64,000 nt of DNA, taken from positions 361,584,001 to 361,648,000 of the forward strand of contig NC_091977.1 of the NCBI RefSeq assembly GCF_044704955.1, read 5' to 3'. Shown here piece after piece: positions 14,032-28,204 of the stretch. How positions within the stretch are numbered: position 1 is the stretch's first letter; each line of letters starts with the position of its first letter. The notes below the pieces were generated by a model. The model made no database searches and had not been told where the DNA came from. It saw nothing but the letters and a program-made list of their open reading frames with translations. The DNA is from Pristiophorus japonicus. Taxonomy: Eukaryota. The position numbers and the translations under genes are program-made.

Positions 14032-17000
14032 AATTGAAGGCCTAGCTTTAAGAAAATGCTGCCTTGTTCCAGGGATGCTGTGGCCATGTTATATTGGGCC
14101 TTCCCCTGAAACAGTGCATTGCACGGTAGGTTCTGCACTGCAATCATTTAAATCAACAGGCAGCACTAAAATAATGGTGCTGCTTGCGCTCATTTTACGG
14201 GCGTGAGTTAACCTCCACCCATGGTGGCACTGCCCATTTTTGAGCTTTATCAGATTTCTAGGTAGGTCCCTATGTTTAAGAAAGAAAAAATGGACAATAA
14301 ATTTTCGATTTCAGGGGACTGGTTGGTGTATTAACCTTTCATCTGTGGCATCTGGCTTCAAATGCAGCCCAGACTGGAGGGATTTATTTTTTGTCTGCTG
14401 GCTTAACACCTCCTACATGAAATAACTTTCAGTAGCCTCAATATAGTTCCAAATGGCCATAGCCCGCAGCATATGACTGCTCGAATCTGTTACTCTCAAT
14501 TAGAGAGACAACAGGGTGGCTGATATGGGAAATGTATTAAAAGATGTAAGTCTGGTGAAGTAGAGATGCTCACCTGAAGTTGCAGCTGAGGCACAGTGTT
14601 AGTGTGTAATAGTGAGGGCTTTACTCTGCATCTAATCGTCTTTGATGCTGGCAATGGGCACCAGAAATGGAAAGTGTTTAATTTCTCAGCACTAACATTC
14701 CTCACCCCGATGATCACAAGAAGTCCTTTTAATTTCATTTGTGGCTGTGGGCTGAGGACAAGATGGAACCCAGCTGTGATGCCCTGCATAGTCAGGTTCC
14801 CTCCCAACATCCGCTGTCTGGCTCAGACATGATGAATGACCACTGAACAAGGTACTGGAGGGCACCACAGACTCATGAAACTGTACCCCAGCATGAGTCA
14901 TCAACCTCAGACGAAGAGGGGAGAAAATGATAACACTTGCTGGGTGATGAGACGGCAGAAGTCCATGCATGCTTATTTACAAGTGTACATTGCACTGTTT
15001 ACTGCTTTTGTCTATTAAGGATTAGAATTGATGCAAACATCTTTAATGCAATAAATGGCAACTTAACACTGTGAAAGTTACAGTTTAATAGGTTAACTTC
15101 ACACCCAGCTAATACACAGTACTTATGATTTAAGGCAAACTTTTACAAGTGGACAAGCTTCTGAGGTCAAATTTCTGATTTCTGCAAAATGGCAGGGTTT
15201 CATTGTATTGCATGGTAAGAGATCATATTCCACCAATGCCAAGTGTGCAGATTGCTAAAGTAGCTTTAAATTGAAAGAGGCTATTTTGAATAAATGGATG
15301 GAAAAAATTATCATGTTTGCATCTGGAAAGAACTAAACTAAACTAGTTCTAAGGCTTCTGGATATCATTGATTTTAGAATCTATTTAAAATAAGAGACAA
15401 AAGAATGCCATATGAATGATGCAAGCATTTATCCATTATATATGCTTGTCATTTTTTGAACTGATTGTGTGAGGATGAGTGAAGTATTTTGTTTTGAGCT
15501 GAGAATGGATTATAAACATTTCATAGACATAGACCTCGATCATGGTGCAACAGTATATTAACGTACCAACGTGTTATGTTACGGGATTGGAAATGGAGGG
15601 TGTGATTTCCTCTACAGCGCTGAATTTACTGTGTTTTTCTTTAACTCTTCCGGGGTTATTTTGCACACTTTTCCCCCTTTTAATTTATATTTTCATCCCC
15701 TTGTGTGACATCTCTGAAACAGGGACTGTAATTCCCGCATTGGACTGTACTTTTAGTACTCACTGAGAACTCACTTTTAGAGTGGAAGCAAGTCTCCCTC
15801 GATTTCAAAGGACTGCCTATGGTGATGAATGGGTGGATGCACGGCCTGCTCCCAGGCTTTTGCCAATAACCTTTGTAGCTGGATGCCAGGAGTTACCAGG
15901 CACTGCCAGGATTTGCTCAGCTATGTCTCTGATTGCCCCTTCCTCATGTCTCCACTCGGTACCTTTCCCCTTGATATGGCTCAGATCAAAACAGAGTGGC
16001 ACTTGTTCCTGTGTCTGTCTTCACTCCATGACACTTAATGACATTGCTTTACTCACAAAATTCAGAATTTTACCAATGCTGCCTTGGAAAGCTGCAGAGT
16101 GATGGCCACACATCTCTGCACAGGAGGAATTGATAATTAGAAGAAGACCCACTAAAAACATATCACTCATGTCTCCCAGTGGAATTAGAGGATCACAATG
16201 AGCAGGACGCTTGTCCTGTTGCTTCCAGATGGCATGTGTTTCAGCAAGACATACCTGGAGTAAAAAAGGAAAAAATGCAGAGCAGATTATACACTGTTTC
16301 TATTCCTACAATGTTTCTATTTTATACGAAGTGTTAGAAGGTTATTTTGACCATGTATTTCAAACCGAATATTTTACAAACCATAGAAGTTCTCGTGACT
16401 GTGTTAGCAAAATTATAAACATAACAAAAGGTTTCCCCAGATTGTTAATTCTAACAAAATTGTAATACCCTTTCTTTATAATGCATTAATGATTTTGCCA
16501 CCTTTTTCTGTAGTATTATCCCTGGCTTAACATCCCTCTAGCCAAAACGTTAGATAGTTGATCTGCTCCCATACTCTTGTCCATAGCCTCCAGCTGGCCA
16601 CCTGAAGGATGTACTAGGGAAACATAGGAAATATTCCCACATTCTTGTTAACACATGATGACCAGAGGACATTACTTCCCATCCCCCTGTCCCGCCCCTT
16701 TTTAGTAACGTTACAGATCTGCTCCAGAATGTTATCATAGTGAAATTAATTATCATTTAGTCCATTTTTTTGTGTTGGATAAATTAAGTAGCATAACAGC
16801 AGATGTCATTTGACAAACTTGCTTACAAATAAGTTGTTAAAAAAAGTATTTATTCATAAAAGATTATCCAGAACATAATTGCAGCAACATTAAAAATAAT
16901 TAGGTGGCAGAACAAATTTGTGGTCCTAAAATTACAATTAAATGATAGTTCATAAATTGGTCATTTAAAACTAGTCATTGGCTTTACAAATTGTCACCCT

Positions 17001-17301
17001 GTAGTTTTAACATTACAGCTATGTTGGGGCAGTAAAATAAAATTATGTTACACATTAAGGAAAAACGTGCCTGCTGAATAAATTAAGAGAAATTAAAATC
17101 TATTCCATCAAAAACAAATTAATATGTTGGGAATACAAAATAAAGTTTCTCAAAATGGTGTATTTTTCCAGCAGTTATAAGGCTAAATCAAATGATGCAG
17201 CATACTAACAAGTTAGGGGTTCTGGTTGCCAGACGTATATGAATATTTCCCCAAGTTTACAATTCCAGAAGTAGTGAATCATCATCATTTTAAAATACAA
17301 A

Positions 17302-17901
17302 GGGCCGGATTTTCAGCATTCGGGGCTTTTCGGCAGAAACAGTAGCGATACGTGAAACTTACCTTTTTCGCTGCTCTACTGTTTTTAGTCCGAACCTTCG
17401 TCCTTTACGTCTGCACCAGTAGGGAGGCATGGCACTACGATTCGCAGCACAAACCGTGAGTTTTGGCAACTTTAGTCCAGGGCCGGTAGCGCTGCGAGAG
17501 AGGCCTTGGGAGGTGGGAAAAGAACAAAAAAAATCCAAAAAACATTCCAAAAGCATTACCAAGACCCGTAACTTTCTAATTGCTGCAAAAAAATTAACAA
17601 ATAAAATATTCAACTTACCTTTTTTGCATGTGTTCATACTTACCACTGCTGGCAGGGCTGCACCGACAGGTTTGATCTGTCGCTATTCTGGGCTTGGCGT
17701 ATGGGTCGGGAGAGTGACGAAATTCGGACGCAAACGCAATCCGAGTCGTTGCACATCGGCGCACCTCTTCCCGGCGGTAATTGAAAGCGCCGCCGCAAAC
17801 AGGTACCCGAGGATCCCTCCCGGGCTTTGCGACCAGGTTTTTGCCACCGAGGGTCAAATTGCAGCAAAAATCCGGTCGCAAACCTGCCGAAAATCTGGCC
17901 C
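17302..17901. mobile_element. Non-autonomous TIR element (Harbinger-like MITE), 600 bp
   Basis: TIRs GGGCCGGATTTTC and GAAAATCTGGCCC match at 12/13. CpG-rich. An inverted relative lies at about 51475-52013. TSD not intact. Confidence 0.75.
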
Positions 17902-18317
17902 TGAGGCTCAAAATATTTGTCTTTGTTTTGCTTTGCCTTTTTTAAACCTGTCCATAAAAATCATTGGAAATGGAAGGGCATTGTGCCATTTTCAGTTGGA
18001 AATTTTCATACCAAATTTATACCAACCACCAGTGTTAAAGCTCTTCAAAAGATTATTTATATTTGTTTTGCTGATCTAATTATTTCTGGCTACTCTGCAT
18101 TCAGATAAATCCCCCCTTAGGCCACTTCAGTTAATGTGCAGCATTATATGAATGCTCATTTATTTGAAAATACATTAGCAAAATTAACTAATTGAAGGAT
18201 TTAGTGTATGCTCATCCTATTTTAATCTGAAATAGTATTTTCAAAAATACTTTATTAAAATTCTATTTGACATTCTAATAACTTTTCGCTAATTATCTTT
18301 CAGCAATAATATATACT

Positions 18318-19224
18318 GGCTCGTAAATTGCGGTCCTGATGATGGCAAACCCCTTTCAAACTGACCGCAACTTTAGGATTTAGCGCACGCGCAGGCTAAC
18401 ACAAAAATCTTGAAGTTGTGGTCTGTCATTCACTGCTCCTCCACAGGCTCTGCTATGGATTCCACCCTCCCCAAAGGCATTTGCCACTGGCCCTGAAGTA
18501 TGCTTCCCACAAAGATCTCATGATCTCTGTACCAAGAAGTTCAGCTTTTCTGACGTGCAGTTGAAATCAGTGTAGTTTAGTGGGAATCCCATAGTGCGAG
18601 CTGCTGTGATGTCTACAAGCTGTCTTCGCAGCCAAACACATTGCAGAATTCTCACAGACAGGAAATCAGGAAATAGAAAGCACTAACATTCATTCATTGT
18701 TCAAAACATTTACAGAGAGCGAAATAAAGATTGGAACTTACACATTGAGTTCAGGTAGAAGTTGAAATATCATGAACAAACTTAAAAAAATATATATATA
18801 TTTTTTATTCATTTTTTAATCTAAATATTTTTAACTTAATGGAGAAATTTGACATTCCACCAATATTACATTTTTTTTCCAGAGCCAGAACGGTTGTTTA
18901 TCACTTGTTATTACTCAGATCACCATTAAAAAGCCAGTTACACCTATTTGAATGGATCTAACTTCTTATGGGGTTTCTAACAGTGATATTTATTCAGAAA
19001 AGTGGAAGTTTTTGTCAGATCAGTGATTTTACTGGTTGTTGGCTCGTGGGGCGGTGGTGGGGGGAGTGGATGGAGGGTGGGGAATGGGTTCCTGTGGAGG
19101 AACACTGAATGTCAGACCATAACTTCAGGATTTCCACGTTAGTCCAGAAGTTGTGGTCAGTTTCAAAGGTGAAATGACGGCGAGCACTGCCAGTTCGCCG
19201 TCATCAGACCACAGGTACTGGGAC
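18318..19224. mobile_element. Long-TIR (foldback-like) non-autonomous DNA element
   Basis: About 130 bp at each end are imperfect inverted repeats (e.g. gaagttgtggtctgtcattcactgctcctccacagg versus cctgtggaggaacactgaatgtcagaccataacttc). AT-rich centre. Confidence 0.7.
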
Positions 19225-19504
19225 ATCAAATGTCACATCATTCAAAGAGGTGGTAAAAATACATAATAGAGTCCATAGACATATCAGACAACATTTTACT
19301 GAATATACATTGTTTTTGGAGGGGATCAGTTCATAAAATATAAAGCCCTGTTACGTGATGTCATCAGCACTGATTACTCGAGAGGAACAAATATGTGAAA
19401 TGATTGCAATATAAAGCAAGAGAATGCATTGATTGCCACAGGGGAGCAATAAAGAAATGAAAACAGAAAATACTGGCAACACTGAAGGTCAGACAGCATT
19501 TGTG

Positions 19505-21120
19505 AAGAATATAAGAATGTAAGAACATAAGAAATAGGAACAGGAGTAGGCCATACGGCACCTCGAACCTGCTCCGCCATTCAATAAGATCATGGCTGAT
19601 CTGATCATGGACTTAGCTCCACTTCCCTGCCCACTCTCCAGAACCCTTCATTCCCTTATCTTTTAAGAAACTGTCTATTTCTGTCTTAAATTTATTCAAT
19701 GTCCCAGCTTCCTCAGCTCTCTGAGGCAGTGTATTCCACAGATTTACAACCCTCTGAGAGAAGAAATTTCTCCTCATCTCTGTTTTAAATGGGTGGCCCG
19801 TTATTCTAAGATTGTGCCCTCCAGTTTTAGTCTCCCCCATCAGTGGAAACATCCTCTCTGCATCCACCTTGTCAAGCCCCCTCATAATCTTATATGTTTC
19901 GGTAAGATCGCCTCTCGTTCTTCTGAATTCCAATGAATAGAGGCCCAACCCACTCAACCTTTCCTCATAAGTCAAACCCCTCATCCCCGGAATCAACTGA
20001 GTGAACCTTCTCTGAACTGCCTCCAAAGCAAGTATATCCTTTCGTAAATATGGAAACCAAAACTGCACGCAGTATTCCCGGTGTGGCCTCACCAATACCT
20101 TAAATAGCTGTAGTAAGACTTCCGTGCTTTTATACTCCATCTCCTTTCCAATAAAGACCAATATACCATTGGCCTTCCTGATCACTTGCTGGACCTGTAT
20201 ACTAACTTTTGTGTTTCATGCACAAGTACCCCCAGATCCTGCAGTACTGCGGCACTTTGCAATCTTTCTCCATTTAAATAATAACTTGCTCTTTGATTTT
20301 TTTCTGCCAAACCTCATACTTTCCAACATTATACTCCATCTGCCAAATTTTTGCCGACTCACTTAGCCTGTCTATGTCCTTTTGCAGAATTTTTGTATGC
20401 TCCTGACACATTGCTTTTCCTCCCACCTTTGTATCATCAGCAAACTTGGCTACGTTACACTCGGTCTCGTCTTCCAAATCGTTAATATAGATTGTAAATT
20501 ATCGGGGTCCCAGCACTGATACCTGCAGCACCCCACTAGTTACTGGTTGCCAACCCAAGAATGAACCATTATTATCCTGACTCTCTGTTCTCTGTTAGTT
20601 AGCCAATCCTCTGTCCATGCTAATATATTACCCCCAACCTCGTGAACTTTTATCTTGTGCAGTAACCTTTTATGTGGCACCTTGTCAAATGCCTTCTGGA
20701 AGTCCAAATACACCACATCCACTGGTTCCCCTTTATCCATCCTCCTTGTTACATCCTCAAAGAACTCCAGCAAATTTATCAAACATGACTTCCCGTTCAT
20801 AAATCCATGCTGACTCTGCCTGACCGAATTTTGCTTTTCCAAATGTCCTGCTACTGCTTCTTTAATAATGGACTCCAACATTTTCCAAACCACAGATGTT
20901 AGGCTAACTGGTCTATAGTTTCCTGCTTTTTCTCTGCCTCCTTTTTTAAATAGGGGCGTTACATTTTCAGTTTTCCAATCTGCTGGGACCTCCCCAGAAT
21001 CCAGCAAATTTTGGTAAATTACAACCAATGTATCCACAATCCCTGCCGTTACTTCTCTTAAGACCCTAGGATGCAATCCATCAGGTCCAGGGGATTTATC
21101 ACCTTTAGTCCCATTATCTT
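19505..21120 (-). mobile_element. CR1 LINE, 5'-truncated (RT to 3' end), (TTCTTATG)n tail
   Basis: ORFs 20540-21076 ([26 protein letters not shown]), 20274-20477 (KFADDTK) and 19613-20185. Inserted into a Penelope-like terminal repeat. Confidence 0.93.
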
Positions 21121-21453
21121 AAAGAGAGGAAGGTAGGGTTAATGATCAAGGACTATGAGCTTTTGTCAGAACCAGAAGATGTTACAGGTGAACAGCTTAT
21201 AAGGAAGACAGAGCCAGGGAAGGCAGGGTGGAGGACAGGAGATGCTTAAATGACATAAGTAATGATGATGCAGGACAAAAAGGAGGCAATAATGAGAGAA
21301 ATTAGAGAAACAACAGATGTGTCCGAAACCCACCGAACATGTGAATGGTTATGGGAGAAAGAAGACGAGGAGGGAAGCATAGATATCTAGCAAAATGGAG
21401 AAGGCTCCAGTGGCCCAGGAGTATGGTATAAGAAAAAGCCAGGTAAACACCAG

Positions 21454-22219
21454 GGGGCCGGAATTCCCCTATTATGTGTTGTGTGCCTCCTGCTAGCGCC
21501 TCTGGGGCGCGATAACGGGTCGCAAACCTGATTTCACACAGTGGGGTGTGGGGCGGGTGGCAGATGCTACTGGCTCCTGCAAAATTGCGCGAGAGAGTTA
21601 GTGGAGTCGCTGACATGGTAGCGCCGGGGTTGCCACGCAACCTGCGATGATGCCATCGTCGTGAGGGGCGACTCCTTGGTGTCCCTTGGCAGAAATTGGA
21701 TAGCGCCCCACAAGGTTTCCGCAAGCAGTGTCATCGCCAGCTTCGCAGGACACGAACCGGGCCAACATCCACTCGCGGGGCGGCAGTTAAAGCGGAGTTG
21801 GCAGGCCGCAGGCCACACTTTTCCCATTTTGGCTGACTCACCGGTTGGCCTGTCTTGAGTCTCCGTGGCATGGCCTGGGCCGCCATCGTGCAGCCCGACA
21901 CTCCGTTTGGGTGCCGGGCAGCGGCCTCGTCACCCCGCCACCCTGGTGGCCCAATGGAAGCCCAATCAGAGGCCTGGCAGAGTGTGCAACATCCCTCCCC
22001 TTTAACAGAATGGGAGGGGCATTGAAACGCATCATCGCTATGTGGAGAAGCCGAATGCACCCGAAAAACCTCGAACCCACCCCAACAGGAAGTGGAGCAT
22101 GCGACATTGTGCTCCACTTTCTGTGAGGCATGGTAACCGCATTTATGCGGCCGGACACAGGCAGTCCCACCCCGACTCAGTTACTGCTCCCAAACGGAGC
22201 CCTGGGGAATTTCACTCCC
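21454..22219. mobile_element. Non-autonomous PIF/Harbinger-like TIR element, 766 bp, TSD CAG
   Basis: Left end GGGGCCGGAATTCCCC; reverse complement of the right end GGGAGTGAAATTCCCC. CAG at 21451-21453 and 22220-22222. CpG-rich. Confidence 0.75.
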
Positions 22220-24613
22220 CAGGTGTGCAGACCTCCAGGCTGTGTACTGATAGGGACCCCTATCTCAAGAATCAACCCACAAGCTCCATCATTCCTAGAA
22301 GCACTGGTGCACCCACCCACCCAATAAAGAAGGTTGCTTTTGTTGGTATATGGGACTCGGTAATTCAGTTTCTGAAAGATGTTCATGTTTAGTTCATTTG
22401 ATGTAGGGAACAAATATGGTTGGTATCATTGAAGAGAGAGAGAGATACAGATTTCACTCAGCAACAGTTCGCAACCAACTGGCCTTGGATATTTTAATAA
22501 TAGAATGTTTAGATTAGAAATGTTATGGTACAATAAGAAAGTCTAGAGAATCGAAGGTTTATGCTTACCAAAGCAAGGCCACAGTGCTTTCATGTGCTTT
22601 TAATGTTGTTGATGTATGTTGAAGAAAATGTAGACTTGCACCTCTGGACTATGCAGTAGCCCTACCTTATTTGGCAATGCCAGCTCCGATTTGATAAGAA
22701 AACAGTGCAGAAATATATGCTTTTACCTTTGTTGAAGCAGTACGAAAAGACCCATGCCTCGGTTTGTATGTTCTATCTGTGCCTATATTCTGCTTGTAAA
22801 TTGCTTTCTATGCTGAAGTTAATGTATAAAATGATTATAACCAGAAGATTGAACTCTTTGTTACTTGAATGAATAACAGAAAATTGTTTTAAGACAACAG
22901 CTTTTAATGCTCAAGATTAAAAGTACACTGAGGAGGTTCAGTCACAACATGAAAAGGCATTCATGACTGGAGGAAATATTAGCCATATTGGTCAATCTCA
23001 CCCCTGAGGAATGAACTCCATCCTCAAAGTTTCATCAGTCTGGTAAGTGCCTTATTTTTAAGCAAATTCTCAGTCATTGAACAATGTTATGTAGAATATA
23101 GAATGCCAATATTAGTTTGCAGTCTTTAAACCTGCAGAAATCCTTTGTAAATATTCTTCACCTCCACTACTCATGCATTATTCTCTTTCAGTATGGCATT
23201 GGTAGAGCTCTTTCATTTTCAGTAAAAATAATTAAAATATTGCATAATACAATAGTAAATTGCACAATGTTTACAGAATATATTGCATAATGTTGTTCTT
23301 GTCTCCACAGAGGACTAGTCCTCATTCAGGTTTTTACATCTTTCACATGGTCATAACCATTCCTGAGAACAATGATATGGATCAACTGGAATATGATAAA
23401 CCATTGAATAGTTGCCTTTGAATGATGGGAGTACACAACGTGCTGCTGTAAATTTCTACTGGGTAGGTTCCCCACAGGGCCTGTCTGAAGGCTCTGGAAA
23501 CAAACAGGATGGTCTTCAATGACACATCAAGGGAGATGCCTTAAAATGCTTGACCTCCTAGAGTTTTGCACAGGAAGGATAATGCCTGTGTAAGTAGGCT
23601 ATTAATAACTTACATATGACTGTGCAGTTACACTTTGATGCACATTGACATGATGAAACTGTCTAATAATATAACATTTGGGCTGGCATAGTCATCAAGA
23701 TATAGGGACTCTCCAGTTAATTTGTTCAGTATCTTAGGTCAAAAGTACCAACTTTCTTCTACACTGATCAAAGGTGAAGTCTTTCCACTCTTGCATAAGC
23801 TACTTCTCTTGAGAAGATTGTGGTATAGTCATCATGCCAATGTATCACAAAAATTGATAGAATGATCTTACTGCTTGTTTCCATAGCAATGCACGGTTTA
23901 GCTTTGGTACATATAATTCTTGCACAGAATACTGTGGTATAAACATCACACACAACATTTTTTGTACATAATCACCTGATTGGTTCAAGTTACTACCTTA
24001 GATTGTATGAAGTAATTGCAATTTGTTCTATACTCATTTACTATTTAATATAATGTATTTACCTGTAGTATATTTCCAATTGTTGAAATAAAAATTGTTT
24101 CTTTTCCTCACTTTTATCACCAGTGTCATTTTTTCGAACTCCATGACTATTTTTCAATCCTATTTCATTTGTAATTGTGACCTTTTGGAATAGTAGTTAC
24201 CTCTCCTGCGTAGAACTGCAATGGTTCTTGGAATCTTCAGTCATGTGGTACTTTTTCCATCCTCTGGGCCCGCTGACAATATATTCGTGTTGATCACATG
24301 TCAATTCTAACAGAATAAAATGTCATTATTATGTTTGTGAATCATGTATATTGTGATAAATGCATTACAATATGATGCAGAGACTTTGTTTGGTATATTG
24401 CAATGCGCATCAATGCGAGAGGAATGCATTCATGTACATCAGAATAGAATTTATGTTTTTCTTGAAGGCAATAAGATTTTGAGAAATTGACTATCATTGT
24501 ACTGATTGTGATTTAGAGCTCCAGTTGAGTACTCCATTTTACTATTTGGAAGTTGCTGTGTAATGTAAGTTAATTGGACTTACCCCCAATAATTGGTTGA
24601 ATTAGGGTTTTTT

Positions 24614-25118
24614 ACATAGAATTTACAGACAGAAACAAGCCATTCGACCCAACAGGTCTATGCCAATATTTATGCACCACGTAAGTCTTCTCCTACCTTA
24701 CTTCATCTCACCCCAACACCATATCCTTCTATTCTTTTCTTCCTCGTGCTTATCTAGCTTCTCTTTAAATACATCTATATTATTCACCTCAACCACCAAT
24801 GAGTTCTACAATCTCACTATTCTCTGAGTAAAGGAATTTCTCCTGATTTCCTAATTGGATTTATTAGTGACTATCTTATATTTATGACCTCTAGTTTTGT
24901 ACTCCCCACAAGCGGAAACATCTTCTATCGAAGCTCTTCATAATTTTATCGACCTCTATCGGGTCACCTCTTAGTCTTTTCTTTTCTAGAGAAAAGTGGC
25001 CCAGCCTGTTCATTCCTTCCTGATAGTTGTACCCTCTGAGTTCTGGTATCATCCTTGTAAATCTTTTTGGGAATTTCTCCAATGCTTATCTATCCTTTTT
25101 GTAGTATGGAGACCAGAA
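24614..25118 (-). mobile_element. Old CR1 3' fragment
   Basis: Minus-strand peptide KRFTRMIPELRGYNYQE...LEKKRLRGDPIEV and a CR1-type 3' UTR. Confidence 0.8.
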
Positions 25119-28100
25119 CTTATCTGCACCACCAATTGAGTTTAATAGCCCTGCTATATCTATATCACAGTGTATACCAGTATAAATATCGCAAATTCTT
25201 GTGACAAATCAATTCTTCTGCCAGGAAGGGTGGTTGACTCCAGGAAACTGGACTCATTTAAGAAAGAGTGAGATATGTTGATTGAAAGACAGTAAAGTTA
25301 GTTTTCTAGAAGGGTTAGATCAAATGGGTTTCATCATCCAAATCTATCTTACTGTAAAACCACTCACACTGAGAAACAGTGCAGGATTCCTCGTTTATAT
25401 TGAACAGTTTATAACCTGACAATAGCATTGAAATTGTTTTCGGATTGTATCTGTTGTGGATCTTACTACACTTGAGCAGGTTATAATGAAACTGAACTCC
25501 ACTTGTGTCCAAAGTCTAACAGGTTGGAATAATTTCAACTCAGAAAGCTCCGGCTTGGTTAAGTTGAATATTTTGCTACTATTATAGAGCTTCAGAAGTA
25601 CCTGCTTATTTGGGAGAGTATAAGAAATTCAAATAGTCCTCTGAGGAAACTTGATATTATGGGGGTCTTGACTGGTAGCCGCAAATGGGCGACAGCGAAT
25701 GGGCAACCTGTTTTACAACCCATCCAATTTTCTTTACTATTGAATTAAATAGTGTAAAATAGGCTGTCAATTCACCATAAGCCCATTTGGCTTGACTTGC
25801 AAAGACCAGTTTCAGCTCCAAATAACTTTCTTTATCCAGTATTAAACGTTCTATAGACAATGTCCAAGTCAAATAAAATCCTTGGTTGATGTAAGGTGGA
25901 ACATTATATAATTTACCTAATGAAAACCTTTTCTGATTGACTCTTCTAAAGTTTAGACTTTTATATTCTTTTTAGCTGAGTATCATTCAATAGTTCTAAT
26001 AGATTTATTTGTGTTTTATTTACTCCTATTAATTAACTTCCCTTCATGTGCCCTTTTAATCTTGGAGGATTGTGACTGAAAAATGAACTCTACAAAGCTC
26101 CACCCCAGTACTAGTGTTCCCAGACACCTGTTGTTGGATGATATGGTTTTAGTCGGTTCTCCTCTCTCCTTCAGGACAAAAAAGGTTCTTTGAGAGTCAT
26201 CTGACTGAGCAATCTAATCTAACCAGTGACTCTTCCAAGTGTGAACAAAAAGTAAAACATTGCAGATGCTGGAAATCTGAATGAAAAACAATAAATGCTG
26301 GATACACGGAGCACATCAGGCAGCATCTGTGGAAAGAGATGACAAGTCATTTAGATGTGCACCCTTCACTCTTGCAAGCACGACTGGTTAATTTGATTGT
26401 TCGACCATTACACTACTTCAAACCACAAGCCTTGTAAATTAAGAATCTTATCCAATTTGGTATTGATCCTGCTTTCACATTCACTTCGATATGCTTTAAT
26501 GTGATATATCATCACTTGAAAATTATTTGCAGTTTTAAGCTTAAATCGTTTTCATATAAAATATACAGTTCTTTTATTAAGCAATCAAATAATTAACATA
26601 CATATTCTGCTTTTTCCCCACGGTTTTAGTTTTAAGTATGTTAATATGACTTTTGAACAGTTAATCTCTGAATACTATTAGTATGAAAAACAAAATTATG
26701 GTTAAGATCACAGTAAAATGTGTGTTATCTTTTTATAACTACCGGTGTAATAATTCACTGTTCAGGCATTAAGAATATTTTCTTTTGCTCCAAACTTTTT
26801 GAGAAGTGCACTTGTTTCACAATGATTTTTTAAAATATAATTGAGCAAAATATAAATCTTCAGCATTGTAAGTGATTTCATAAAGGAACATTTAAATAAA
26901 TCCTGTATATATACACCATAAGAACATAGGAAATGGGATGAAACTGACTTGTTAATTGCAATGGTTTCTCACAAAATGCTTCTTTTTCTTACCAAGCAAA
27001 CAGGTAAATGATGTGATCTGAAGTCTTTGTGCAATTTTTGCAGTTGACCTTCAGGAGACTCATGGGAATAATTCAGGATAATTCACCCATCAGTTTCTTC
27101 TCCTTCCCTGCAGGGAATGGCTGACTCTCACATGGTGCTTCTCCTCAACAGGATAGGCAACGTCAGGAGCGCACCATGTAGGGAACTGTGATTGTAAAAC
27201 CATCTCTACTGCTCCAAGTCACAGCACATTACTCTATCAACATGATGCGCCACCAGACTTCTAAAGCTGGCTTCTTTACACAACCGATATAAATAATGTA
27301 TGGTCCGAAGTAAATGGTGCAATTTATCTGAAACATAAAGCAATTGCAAGAAAAAACTCTGAAATGTTATCAAGGAATGAATCATTGTGCTCATGACGAT
27401 CAAGCACAGCAATAATGCTGAATATAATATTTTTGCAAATACAAACTAGTAGAATAATTTTCTTGGATATTGCCACCTTGTATACTTTTTAAATCTCATT
27501 GTGTTGATTATTGATATAGCAATCCAAACATCCCTCTAGGATTAGATATTTTCTTTAATACTGTGAAATGAGCCTTTAGACTACTGAGTATATTTGGTAG
27601 TTTTCAAAATACGCATTTTCTGTTGGAGAATGTACTTGTGTAATTTGTGTGCAATAGGCTAATGAAGCTGAATAAAACATGCCCAGAACACTTCTTGCTT
27701 CACATAAAAATGAACCGGACAAATATACTTGTGTATCTGTTTTTATCTTTACATTTTTTAAATTTCCTGTTCTGTGCTAACTGGATAATCTCCTCTCAGG
27801 ATTTATATTCACAAAGCGAGTACCACAAGATATATTTAAGATCAATTGAGGATCAAAATTGCTCCTTGAGTTCGTCATCTCACATGATAAAGAAACTGAA
27901 GAAAAACTGAGCAACTTTCCTTTCATTGAAGTTATTTTTATTTGGGGAGATTTTTTATTTAATAAGCATTATGCTAGTTGTGAATTACAGCAGATCTTTA
28001 TTTCTTGCAATGAACTGCATCACATCAACACTGCGGCATATTAAATAATGACATTTTTTTAAAGGAAGATAGTTTTATTTTAAATTGTTTCTTCTGATGT

Positions 28101-28126
28101 GTATTTTTGTTTGTTTTTCTAAATAG

Positions 28127-28204
28127 TGAAAAAGTCCATAGATTTTAAATCTAGAGGAGTTAAATTGTTCCCAGGGAAAGACAACAGCAACAAGTTTTCT
28201 ATCT
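28127..28204 (+). CDS. CSMD3: CSMD3 internal coding exon (78 bp), CUB2-to-Sushi linker: (V)KKSIDFKSRGVKLFPGKDNSNKFSI(L)
   Basis: Acceptor tttttgtttgtttttctaaatag ending 28126; donor T|gtgagt at 28205. The peptide is nearly identical to recalled human CSMD3 VKKAIDFKSRGFKLFPGKDNSNKFSIL and less like CSMD1. Phase 1-1, joining in frame to the 4954-5066 exon. Too short for the ORF track. Confidence 0.93.

Larger units (their letters stand above)
12143..14263 (+). mobile_element. Degenerate Harbinger-like TIR element containing a Penelope-like terminal repeat and a CR1 insertion
   Basis: Left end GGCCTAGAAATT; reverse complement of the right end ACCTAGAAATC. An internal acidic/basic peptide (12742-12933) resembles the end of a HARBI1-like transposase (from memory). 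No TSD found. Confidence 0.5.

Noticed and set aside
16211-16465. KNAEQII resembling RHAEQIE of the mammalian CSMD3 cassette exon
   Set aside because: Only a 4-residue match, flanks are unrelated, and there are no suitable splice sites.
17429-18079. 216-aa ORF as a novel gene
   Set aside because: It lies mostly within a GC-rich MITE, runs through its TIR, and has no recognisable domain.
21302-22413. Cluster of overlapping ORFs on both strands
   Set aside because: Expected from the stop-poor, GC-rich MITE at 21454-22219.
26175-26260. Cryptic exon after the strong acceptor ttctcctctctccttcag
   Set aside because: The frame is open but has no CSMD similarity, has only a weak donor, and runs into a Penelope-like repeat.
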